64,000 nt of DNA from Octopus sinensis. Taxonomy: Eukaryota. Below, one piece after another: positions 52,056 through 64,000 of this stretch; the first letter of the stretch is position 1; every line of letters starts with the position of its first letter. Location: positions 67,654,464-67,718,463 of the forward strand of contig NC_043011.1 of the NCBI RefSeq assembly GCF_006345805.1, in the 5' to 3' direction. Position numbers and translations under genes: made by a program. The notes under the pieces were generated by a model. It was not told the DNA's origin. It made no database searches and saw only the letters and a list, made by a program, of their open reading frames with translations.

Positions 52056-52954
52056 GTACATTATACCTTTTATTATTTCATATATTTTTATATTTTCACA
52101 CATAATAATTTTTTCTGTACTCTCCCATCCTGCATTTTTCCTGTGCCTATATAGACGTGTATATAGATTCATTTGTACACGCGTGTGAATACGTATGAGT
52201 GGGCAGTTTTAGGTATGTGTGTGTGTGCGGGCATAAGAATGCATATATATATATACGTTTTTAATTAGTATTTTTACAATTTTTTTAGGTTTTGGGGGGT
52301 GCATAAGTATATTCATTTTTTGGGTATGCGTGTGTGTGTATGCGTATTTAAACATGTGCGGGTATGTACATATATGGGCGTGTGTGTGTATGAGTGCATA
52401 ATGGCATGTCCGTATATGAACGTGGTTTTCATGCTTTGTATACTTCCTTATGTTTTTTTCTGTTACCTTTAACCATGTTTGTTCTTGTGCTTGTGCGTAT
52501 ATAGACGTATGTATGAACTTTTACAGTACGCATGTGTGTGTATGAGTTTGTATATATATGCGTATACATTTGGCAAAAAATGCGAGTGAAGATGTGTACG
52601 TTTTCATAGTGACATATAAGTACGCATGTGGGTCCGCGAGCGCACATGTGAGCGTATGACTAGCCATGTTTACGTGTTTACCCTGAACTTTTAATCTTAA
52701 TTTATATAAGTAGCAGAATTATAACACAGTAATTTCCTTTTATATAACGGCATTTTTTCATAGCGTTTTTCAGATGGCCAGATAACCGGAGAGATGGTGT
52801 TGTGGATTTCCACTTCGGCATCTGAAACTCAGAGTTTTATCTTGACTATTGAGTAATTGTAACGTATTATTTTATAGATAATTTCCTCTATTTGCATAAT
52901 TTTAGGTCTCTTTCTTTCTTTTGTTATCTTTACCTTTCTACCATATATATATAT

Positions 52955-53001
<47 letters not shown>

Positions 53002-54259
53002 ATATATATATATATAGATATATATATAATATATATATATACATATATATATATATATGCATATATATATATATATATACATATATATATACATATATAT
53101 ATAGATATATATACATATATATATACTATATATATACATATATATATATATATATACATATATATACATAGCGCGTATTCTTTTTATACATAGTTAGGTT
53201 CCTATGGTAACGTAATTTTGGTTTGACGTTTTTAACGGCTTAGAATTTAATTTCACTTCATAATTTGAAACTGACTTGAAAGTATGTATATTATTTCTCC
53301 TTATGTCATATTGTTATTTTTGATATTCTGGTTACTACGATGTATTTTATATATCGTATATGTGTAATAATGTTGTTTTTCTTTGGAGTGTTTATGTATG
53401 TGGGATTGTGTGTGAGTGTGTGCGTATTTTAGTTGTATAATTTATTTATCTGTATGAGTGTGGGTGTGTTAATATTGTTGGATATATCGTGTTTAGTGAG
53501 TATGTATATGTATATGGTGTGTGTTTTACGTATGTATATTTGTGTGTGAATGTGTTTATGGGTTTGCTATATAGGTTTGGGGATGTATGTGTTAATTTAT
53601 CTCTGTGGGGGGTTGAGTGGGTTTTTGGAGTATATATTGATGTTTATATGTATGTATAGGTATGTGTGAGTGAGGTGGGTATTTGTATATGTCGTGGGTG
53701 TGTGATTTACGTGTGTGTATTTGTGTGTGAATGTTTAGGTTAGGGGGATTGCTATATAGGTATGTTATAGAGTTTAGTAAAGGGAGATTTTATCATTATA
53801 TGTTTTTATGAGTTTTAGTTTATCATGGTAGTTTTATTAAAGAATTCGTAGTAATTTATGTCTATTTACGATGTCTGTTATTTTATTACATTATTTCATT
53901 CATAATTTTTAAGTAATGTTCGTTTTACCAAGTGAATATAATTTTTAATTCCATTTCTCCATTCATAATTTTAAATGATGTTCGTTTCTAGAGCGGGAAT
54001 GTGGGTTGTATGTGTGTGTGAGGGAGTATGAATAAGTATTGTGTTGAAGTATTTGGCTATTTTATTTATTTATCGTTGCCTAGACGTTTTTATGTGTATG
54101 TATAGGGATATATATATAGGTGTGTGATTTAGTGTATGTATTTAGATATGGTTATATATAATTAGTTATATGTGTATGGGTGTATATATAGTTTATTTTT
54201 TGTTTTGTTTTATATTTAATTGTTGATAGGTTTATTTTAGTTTATATTTTTTTTTTTTT

Positions 54260-54480
54260 TTGTACTTGTTTCAGTCATTTGACTGCGGCCATGCTGGAGC
54301 ACCGCCTTTAGAGTGGTGAAAGAGTACAGCAGGGATCACCACCATCCCCTGCCGGAGCCTCGTGGAGCTTTTAGGTGTTTTCGCTCAATAAACACACACA
54401 ACGCCCGGTCTGGGAATCGAAACCGCGATCCTCCGACCGCAAGTCCGCTGCCCTAACCACTGGGCCATTGCGCCTCCATA
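54260..54480 (-). mobile_element. tRNA-derived SINE
   Basis: Minus head tggaggcgcaatggcccagtggttagggc...ggtttcgattcccagaccggg; related to 61020-61390. Confidence 0.75.
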
Positions 54481-54619
54481 TATTGTTTATATATTGATTA
54501 TATATGGATTATATATAGGTTATATATAGATTATATATTTATATTTTTTCATTAATACTTTAATTATTTTAAAATTATTATTTTTATATTTTAAAATATT
54601 GATATTTTAGATTGGAAGT

Positions 54620-54662
54620 CCACCTGAAGATTGTCGATCAGGACAAGAAACAATTGTAGTGG
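54620..54662 (+). ncRNA. Minimal type-I hammerhead ribozyme, canonical core
   Basis: ccac-CTGAAGA-ttgtc gatcag gacaa-GAAA-caattg-TA-gtgg; all stems perfect, palindromic stem III. Confidence 0.92.
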
Positions 54663-54757
54663 CGGTTTTTTTTTTACTTTTAATTAAAATTTTATGTATT
54701 GATTAAGTCTTTCCTTGTTTGTTTTGCAAAATAGTGGTTTTGTCTCTAATAATATTA

Positions 54758-55026
54758 TATACATATATATATATATACATATATATATACATACATATAT
54801 ATATATACATATACATATATATACATATACATATATATACATATATATATATACATATACGTATATATACATATACATATATACATATACATATATACAT
54901 ATATACATATACATATATACATATACATATACACATATACATATATACATATACACATATACATATATACATGTACACATACATATATACATATATACAT
55001 GTACACATACATATATACATATACAC

Positions 55027-55077
<51 letters not shown>

Positions 55078-55086
55078 CATATATAC

Positions 55087-55119
<33 letters not shown>

Positions 55120-55163
55120 CACATATTATATATACACATATATATATACACGTATATATATAC

Positions 55164-55196
<33 letters not shown>

Positions 55197-55325
55197 CATA
55201 TATAGATATATAGATAAAGATAGATGTATGTATACGTGTAGAATGTACGTATGTACATACGTATGCATTCATAAATCTATATACATACATACATATACAT
55301 ACATATATGTGCATATATACATAAT
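54758..55325. repeat. (TA)/(TATACA) compound microsatellite
   Basis: Direct inspection. Confidence 0.95.
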
Positions 55326-55604
55326 GTTTAATGTATTATATGCGTGTGTGTTTGTGTGTGTTAGCGCGTGCGGTGAGCATCAGTTTTATTTCCTTTGCCC
55401 GCCAAATTCATTAAAAAGGCATTGGTAAAAGTCAGTTGCGGAGATTGAGACTGAAACCCCTTCGTTATGAAGCGAGCTGCTCAGTCATGCAATCACATCT
55501 GTATATGAGTGTGTATATGTTTCTGAGTGTGGATGTTTTACACACACAATCATGCATATTATATATATAATATATATTTTATAAATCTCATGTATGTAAA
55601 AGCG

Positions 55605-56130
55605 TACCGTAAATCCTCCAGTATAGTCCGCCCTTGAGTATAATACGCAGGTAATTTTTAGGGGGCTGTACCTCTGAAAAACCTAAACCTTATGTATAAT
55701 ACGCATCCCTTCTATAACTTGGGTCGTGCGTAACAAAACCAGCAGCACCTAGTCGAACAAACACTTCCGCGCCTGCATAATACAATAATGGTGATGTTTT
55801 TAACTGTTATATGGGAATGTAAATATGTTTGCAAATTGTGTTTGTTACATATTATTCTATGTTCTGAATACTTTTAATTTAATAAATGTTGCTTACTGCA
55901 AGTTATGGATGATTCTTTTATGACTTCATTGCTTTCAGGCTTAGCTTAAGGTATTTTCGTGCCCGACATCACAAAATGCGTCTGAATAAACATTGTCGGA
56001 CAGCAAATAGAGACACGGACATTGCTTAGAAAATATTTTTCATTTTTAACCTCGTATATAGTACGCACTAGGGATTTTGACCTCCAAATTTTGGGAAAAA
56101 TATGCGGATTATACTCGAGGATTTATGGTA
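55605..56130. mobile_element. pogo/Tigger-type MITE
   Basis: TIRs TACCGTAAATCCTCCAGTATAGTCCGC / GCGGATTATACTCGAGGATTTATGGTA; no ORF. Confidence 0.8.
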
Positions 56131-56279
56131 TGTGTATGTGTGTATGTATAAATATTACACACACATACACACGCCATACATACAAACGTCATACATACAT
56201 ACAAGCAAGCATGCATACATACGTGCGTGCGTGTGTACGTACGTACATGCATACATACATACATACATACATACATACA

Positions 56280-56312
<33 letters not shown>

Positions 56313-56552
56313 GCAGGTTGGCGGTGAAACATAAAATAAACAGGTTTAGTAATATTTTGGAAAAAGTGTATTTCAACAGGAATCTAAAAGTGCACTGCTG
56401 GTTCATTTGAGACAGAGAAAATAGATTACAGGTGGAAGAGAAAATATTTCTAGTATCGGATTACAACTATTTTGAGATGGAATATTTTTAAAACTGAAAG
56501 CGCTTTTCTAAACGATCATAATTTTTGCAGTCGAAAACCGAGAAAACCAGGC

Positions 56553-57181
56553 TTCGTCTCTAGCTGGCTTTAGACACAATATCAGTGTCCTTGGAGTATT
56601 TGCAAAGGGAGGCTTCGTTCCTCGCAAGCCTGAGGGATACGCTCGAACTAGTTTCGGGATTGTTGTCCCTCGTCAAGGGATGGCCTCCCTTTGCAAATAC
56701 TCCAAGGACACTGATATTGTGTCTAAAGCCAGCTAGAGACGAAGATCTCTTGGGGCTATAAAGCTACAGTAACACCCCCTCCCCAATATGGTTAGCCATG
56801 ATAAGATGGCTTCTATACTTTACATTATCGAGCGATTACTGTTTCAATCTCATTCTGAGATTTAATTATGCTTACTGTTCGTTTTTCGACATCAGTGGCA
56901 GACGCCATTAGAAAAACTTATATATATTTGCAAAGGAGCCTTCTGTTTCATCGCTACCTGGTGGTTACCGCCCGTTGACGAGGGACAACAATCCCGAAAC
57001 TAGTTCGAGCGTATTACTCAGGCTTGCGAGGATGGGATGGCCTCCCTTTGCAAATACTCCAAGGACACAGATATTGTGTTTAGAGCCAGCTAGAAACGAA
57101 GATCACTTGGGGCTATAAAGCTACAGTAACACCCCCTCCCCAATGTGGTTAGCCATGATAAGATGGCTTCTATACTTTACA
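56553..57181. repeat. Non-coding tandem and inverted repeat carrying a U3-variant hammerhead (56969-57011, +)
   Basis: Direct repeat 56677-56825 / 57034-57181; inverted 56553-56612 / 56683-56743; cgcccg-TTGACGA-ggga caacaa tccc-GAAA-ctag-TT-cgagcg. Confidence 0.75.
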
Positions 57182-57268
57182 TATATATATATATATATAC
57201 ATATATAGATATACATACATATATATGCATATATATATGTATATCTATATATACCTATCTATATATAT

Positions 57269-59652
57269 AACAATTGCAGCGTGGAAGGTGTTTGTAAGCC
57301 ATTTAAGAAACACACAAAAGCCGTTCGATTCACTTCAACATTTAAGTTTAATTTGCCAAAATATTTTCGTCGCTAAAATCCGCGACCTGTTCACTGACAA
57401 AAATCCGTGCTGCATCTGAGAAAGTAACAGTTAGTTCGTCATATATATGTACGTATGTATGTGTGTGTGTATGCATACACATATGTATGCACGTATGTAT
57501 GTATGTATGCATATACGTACATACGCCTGTGTATGCATGTATGTATGTATGTATGTATATATGTATGTGTGTGTATATGCACGCACATACACACTATAAA
57601 CATAAAGCTATAAACCTGTAGTGATGGATAGATGTAGAGTGACCATTCATCACAGTAATATCAAATTTCAACTTCCCCCGCCGAAGCCAGGAAGTGATTT
57701 ACGACCCTCACTCCCAAAACTATACCCTAAAACCTATTATCAGATATTTATCTCTATATCACAGAACTTTTGTTTTACTATTGTGCGTATGTATGTATGT
57801 ATGTGCGTATGTACGTATGTGCGTATGTATGTGCGTATGTATGTATGTATGTATGTATGTGTGTGTATGTACATACGTACGCATGTGCGTATGTATGTAT
57901 ACGCGCACGTATGCATGTGCCCATGTATGTGTGTGCGTACATGTACGTGCGTATGTACGTGTGTATGCCCATACGTAGGTATGTATGTATGTTTGTACCC
58001 ATGTGCTACGTATGTATGTGAGTGTCTAGGAGAATGGGCAGACGTGTCTGTGAGAGTGTGTACATGTGTATGTGTATGTGAACGTATGCCCGTGTACTGG
58101 CATGTGTCCGTCCAAGTTGTGTACATGACTGTTACTTTGTTGAAGGTTGTATACATATTCACATATATGTTTGTATAGACGCACACACATATATATATAT
58201 ATGTTTGGGTGTGTTTTTGTTCCTCTCATCACCGTCTAACTGTGAATGGATACAACGCCTAAGTGCAACTGTACGTATCAAACAACGTACGCTCATACGG
58301 TTATATATAACTGCACATACGCATTGCAACCTGTACGTAAGGATTACAAGTAAACGAGTTCTACAAGCAACAAGCAACAAGTTCTGGAATAGGTTAGAGA
58401 AGGACACACAAAAGGATGAGAAACGTTACTTGGTACGATAATACGATAACAGGAGATTTCACGGAGTAATGTTTGTTGACGCCACACCTAAGAATGAGCT
58501 AAGTAAGGCATTCAAGAAAATCCTGCGCACTACGGGACTAAAAATTAAAGTTGTAGAAAAGACAGGTAGGACTATCAAATCGGCATTATGCAGATCATAT
58601 CCATTTGATAGAATCACCTGTCAAAGTAATTGTGCAGTATGTTCGACAAATCCACATGTAAATTGCAAAACCAAGGGCACTGTATACCAGATTAAGTGCC
58701 AAGAGAGAGCTTGCGCGACTAACCCAGAATCATACATAGGTGAGACTTCTAGAAGCATCAATGATAGGTTCAAAGAACACCTGGACAACTACATTGAAAG
58801 GAAGCCAAACTCCATCTTCTACCAACATGCTATAGCCTGCCACAAAGGATCCTTAGGGAAACTTAAGTTGAACATCCTATCAACACATCCCACCGATGCA
58901 ATGTTGAGACAGGTCACAGAAGTTGTTTGTATACAATAATACAAACCTACTCTCAACCGAAAGTCCGAATGGAATAACATCCAGATCCCATTCAGAAGGA
59001 CTATTCTATAACCACCCCTCTCTCTCTCTCTCTCTCTCGTTTACTTGTAGTACTTACATACAGGTTGCAATGCGTATGTGCAGTTATATATAACCGTATG
59101 AGCGTACGTTGTTTGATACGTACAGTTGCACTTAGGCGTTGTATCCATTCACATTTAGACGGTGATGAGAGGAACAAACACACACCCACACATATATATA
59201 TATGTGTGTGCGTCTATACAAACATATATGTGAATATGTATACAACCTTCAACAAAGTAACAGTCATGTACACAACTTGGACGGACACATGCCAGTACAC
59301 GGGCATACGTTCACATACACATACACATGTACACACTCTCACAGACACGTCTGCCCATTCTCCTAGACACTCACATACATACGTAGCACATAGGTACAAA
59401 CATACATACATACCTACGTATGGGCATACACACGTACATACGCACGTACATGTACGCACACACATACATGGGCACATGCATACGTGCGCGTATACATACA
59501 TACGTACATGCGTACGTATGTACATACACACATACATACATACATACATACATACATACATACGCACATACATACGCACATACATACATACGCACATACA
59601 TACATACATACATACATACATGCATACATACATACATACATACATACATACA

Positions 59653-59683
<31 letters not shown>

Positions 59684-59887
59684 GTATATGCATACATACA
59701 TACGTACATATATATGACGAACTAACTGTTACTTTCTCAGATGCAGCACGGATTTTTGTCAGTGAACAGGTCGCGGATTTTAGCGACGAAAATATTTTGA
59801 CAAATTAAACTTAAATGTTGAAGTGAATCGACCGGCTTTTGTGTGTTTCTTAAATGGCTTACAAACACCTTCCACGCTGCAATTGTT
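57269..59887 (+). mobile_element. Penelope-like element 3' part: GIY-YIG endonuclease between long inverted pLTRs
   Basis: ORF 58469-58939: C..C..C..GTVYQIKC..SYIGETSR..RFKEH..QH..H..MLRQVTE; arms 57269-58358 / 59036-59887. Confidence 0.9.
59755..59804 (+). ncRNA. Type-I hammerhead with G3-C8 swapped core (inverted copy 57352-57401, minus)
   Basis: tttgtca-GTGAACA-g-gtcgc ggatttta gcgac-GAAA-atat-TT-tgacaaa. Confidence 0.78.
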
Positions 59888-59938
59888 TTCGTTTCAGCAC
59901 ACGATCTCAGATCAAATTACTTGCTATGCGAGTACTCT

Positions 59939-59985
<47 letters not shown>

Positions 59986-60251
59986 TGGAAGGTTTGAAGA
60001 TGATGTACAGGTATTTTATATTAGAAGAAATGAGGTACTCAGAAATTCGGATGGTTTTATATTTACAGATATTTATTACATGTATTAGCGCTTTCTCCCG
60101 TTCTAGTGGGGTTTTCAAATCGAACTAAGTTCTTGTGTGAAAAGTTTTGACCATTTTATAGTGTTATTGAGTTTGTAGTGGTGGGGAGGAATATAAGACA
60201 GTACAAGAGGGTGATGGATGAGGAGAAAGTGAGAGAGAGAGAGAGAGAGAG

Positions 60252-60309
<58 letters not shown>

Positions 60310-60375
60310 TGTTTGTATTTGGAAGGTGTGCTAAAGAAATTTTTTTTTTGCTCTGCGAACAGGATGCTTATGCAG

Positions 60376-60407
<32 letters not shown>

Positions 60408-60471
60408 ATATATATACGTATATACACATATATATATACATACGTATATATACACACATATGCATGTAGAG

Positions 60472-60572
<101 letters not shown>

Positions 60573-61019
60573 TAGATAGAGGATTTCCTTGTCGTAGACG
60601 ACAGTTGAGAATTTCGTATTTTCATGTTGCGAAATCCTGAAACTACGATTTGTCTCTGGTGACCAAATTCTTGCGCTGCCCTCTCTCCAGAAAACCATGA
60701 TGGCCTGGACAGGTGCACCGGGTGCACCGGGTGTTACGTGTCAAATAACGAAGTGACTGCCGGGCAACGTGACAATGAGCTATTTAACTTAAGAACACAG
60801 CGCACGGCCTGATCCAAGATTCCAAACCATGATCTCGCAATCCTTAGTGCAACACCCTAACCACTAGACCACGCACACATGTGTGTGTGTGTATGTGTGT
60901 GTGTGTGTGCGTGCGTGTGTGTGTGTGTATGTGTGTGTGTGTCTATGCATGTATGTATGTACATACGCGCACATACATACACAAAAACAGTTTATGTGGA
61001 TATATGATGACAGCGTATG

Positions 61020-61390
61020 TAACTTCGAAGTCTGTCAACTCTTCCCTTGTAAATGTGGCACTCCGTCGGTTACGACGACGAGGGTCCCAGTTGATCCGAT
61101 CAGCGGAACAGCCAGCTCGCGAAATTATATCGAGGAGATATAGCGAGACATAGAGTGTGACGAGGCTGACCCTTTGAAATATAGGTACAACAGGAACAGG
61201 AAGAAAAAGTGAGAGAAAGTTGTGGTGAAAGGGTAGAGCAGGGTTCGCCACCACCTCCTGCCGGAGCCTCGTGAAACTTTCGATGCTTTCGCTCAATAAA
61301 CAACTCACAATGCCCGGTCTAGGAATCGAAACAGCGCTCCTACTACCGCGAGTCCGCCGCCCTATCCACTGGGCTATTGCACCTCCACCT
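61020..61390 (-). mobile_element. tRNA-derived SINE, long copy
   Basis: Head ggtggaggtgcaatagcccagtggatagggcggcggactcgcgg...ggtttcgattcct-like on the minus strand. Confidence 0.75.
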
Positions 61391-62049
61391 TTGTAAACGA
61401 AGATATCGTAAAATACTAAAATGCATTGTGTAAACCTTTAGTTTAACGTTAAATTGGTTTTTTAACGTAACTTGACTGTGTGTGTGTATGTGTGTAAGTC
61501 TGTCTGCTTGTGTGCGTATGTGTGTGTGCGTGTGTGTGTGAAAACTATGTTTACATTAATAATTTTCATTGAATTTAAAACTCTTAAAGTTCAAAGCTAG
61601 TCGCTAATACATACATATATGAATAACAACATGAGTGTGTGTGTGTGAGCGCGCTCGTGCGTATGTGCGCGCGTGTGTGTGTGTGTGTGCGCGTGCGTGT
61701 GTGTGTGTTTGTGTGTATGCGCGTGTGTGTGTGCGTGCGTGTGTGTGTGTGTGTGTGTGTGCGTGCGTGCGTGTGTATGCGTTCTTTGTATGCATGTGAA
61801 TGTTTGTGTTTCACCCAGGCAATCTCAAATGTAGAATCCCTGGAATGTTTTACAAAGTTTCGCAATACTTTCAATTGAAGAATGTGAATAGGTCTGACTG
61901 GTTCTTTCTTGAAGAACCTAAAAATACAAGGATTCTAAGCAAATAAGTTCTTACATAGTGCAGTTTTTCAATGATGGTTTGTACAGGTGAAAATCTGGGT
62001 ATAAGAGCTGTAAGTTTTTCATTAGATTTTTGTTTGTGCATTGTGTAAA

Positions 62050-62340
62050 GAGTGGTTAGAACAGTGGATTCGCGGTCGAGGGATCGCGGGTTCGAATCTC
62101 AGACCGGGCGATGTGTGTGTTTATGAGCGAAACACCTAAGTTCCACGCGGCTCCGGCAGAAGGTAATGGCGAACTTCTGCTGACTCTTTCGCCACAACTC
62201 TCTCTCACTCTTTCCTCCTGCATCTTGCAGCTCACCTTCGACAGACCGGCGTCCCGTCCAGGTGGGGAACGTATACGCCAAGGAAACCGGAAACTGGCCC
62301 CTAATGAGCCAGGCATGGCTCGAAGAGAAACAAGCAAAAC
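62050..62340 (+). mobile_element. SINE family D
   Basis: agtggttag A-box-like and GGTTCGAATC B box. Confidence 0.8.
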
Positions 62341-62515
62341 ATAGTGTAAAGAACTCTTTCGGTCATGAATGACCATTGGATTGCACCTACAAAGTTCCTC
62401 TCCGAGGCACAAGTCCAGGCAAAGTTATTTGTCGAAGACCAGCAGTCAACCCTGCATAACAGTCTCCTCTCTCCATGCCTCCGATGTTATCCAAGAGAAA
62501 GGCAGAGGTCTATAC

Positions 62516-62852
62516 CAGTGCTCCGCAACCTTTCACTTGCGGTGCACTTATATTCTTTTCAAAAATCGGTGGCACGCCTGGATTAAAAATATAATTGAAA
62601 GTATAGGGAACAAAGTTATATTCAGGTGATATTGCGGCACACCTAGCTTCGTCTCGTAGCAGACCAGTGTGCCGCGGCATACCAGTTGCGGTACACTTTT
62701 ATTCTTTTCAAAAATCGGTGGCACACCCTGAACTAAAAATATTACTAAAAGTATAGGGAACAAAATTATATTCAGGTTACACTGCGGCACACCTAACATC
62801 GTCTCGTAGCACACCAGTATGTGTGCCGCGGCATACCGGTTGCGGAGCACTG
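62516..62852. mobile_element. hAT (Charlie-like) MITE with internal tandem duplication, inserted in a SINE
   Basis: TIR CAGTGCTCCGCAACC / GGTTGCGGAGCACTG; 8-bp TSD gtctatac / gtccatac; about 150-bp unit present twice. Confidence 0.9.
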
Positions 62853-64000
62853 GTCCATACAGCTGGGCACCGGTGATGACACTATTCTTTTCTATAGCTG
62901 AGTGAACTGGAGCAACGTGAAATTAAGTGTCTTGCTCAAGAACACAACACACAGACCGATCCGGGAATCGAACTCAAACCTCGCGATTAAAAACCCTTCG
63001 CTCTAACCACTGAACGACGTGCCTTCACATATTATTAACGACGAAAGCAGTATTAGTACCAAAAAGTAATCTTTTCATCCATCTTAACGTGAATGCTTTG
63101 TTATAACACCGAATACTATGTCATTATCCTTGAGTGATTCTCTCATATAATCGTTTGGTGCATAAAACCACATGCACATAGATCGTAGCAGACGATGTAT
63201 GCACCAGTGTATGAATGCCAGTGTTGATATGTATGTGTATATGGACATGTATGTATGTGTGTATGTATGTGTGTATGTATGTATGTCATTATTCAGTTTA
63301 TGACAAAATTTCTTTCCAATAGAGAAAGAACCGGTTTCTACCCAAGATCCGAGACTCCTTCCTTGGAATTTCAACATCAACAACAGGGTATGTATGTATG
63401 TATGTATGTATGTATGTATGTATGTATGTATGTATGTATGTATGTATATACGTGAGCGTGTGTGTGTGCATGCAAGCATGTGCGCTTGTATATAAATATA
63501 TGTAAGTATAGTGTATGCATGCGTGTGAGTATACATGTGAACATGCTTGCGTGTATGTATGTCTCTATGTATGCTTATTTGTATTCATGTATTTGTGTAT
63601 ATATGCATTTGTATGTGTGTGGTTATGTATGTGTTGTGTATATGCATGTGTGTGCATGTGTATATACATTAATGTTTATAAGTATATATACATGTATACT
63701 TGTTTGTATGTTTCATTACATATATACATACAGATGTGTGTGTGTTTGTTTATCCATATGCTACCGTGTATCTATGGACATGGATGGATGGATAGATGGA
63801 TGGACGGATGGACGGACGGACGGATGGACGGACGGACGGACGGATGGATGGATGGATGGACGGACGGATATATGAATGGATGGATGGATGTGCACTTACG
63901 TTGGTATATATTATATGAGAAACGCACTCACCTTATAAAGTTCATATCTGCAGACATTGTAAATGTTATTATTCTTGAATAGAAATAATTGAAAAAACCT

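Noticed and set aside
62545-62850. CRISPR-like or satellite array
   Set aside because: Only two units, inside a hAT MITE with TIRs and TSD; eukaryotic context

Overview
Eukaryotic, AT-rich, microsatellite-dense DNA. The SINE families and the (TA)/(CATA)/(ATT) load suggest a cephalopod (Octopus-like) genome; this is inference. There are two host genes. The first is an intronless atypical dual-specificity phosphatase (DUSP14-like, minus strand, 46875-47426 or further upstream). The second is a Bcl-2-family gene on the plus strand, hidden in spliced exons (1278-1399, 10351-10541, with doubtful exons at 16167, 18141 and 20037). The rest is mostly transposon debris: one Gypsy LTR element, CR1/L2-group LINEs, Tc1/mariner, hAT and pogo-type MITEs, Helitron-like pieces and tRNA-derived SINEs. 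Two systems stand out. (1) About a dozen type-I hammerhead ribozyme motifs from roughly 9 sequence families, mostly inside Penelope-like pseudo-LTRs and inverted duplications; several have non-canonical cores, including a G3-C8 swap. (2) A tandem and nested stack of Tx1/L1-clade elements, three of them ORF1-only. Three members of the stack sit at one duplicated site of a SINE head, and one carries structured 5'UTR monomers. All calls were made by eye; no database searches or folding programs were run.
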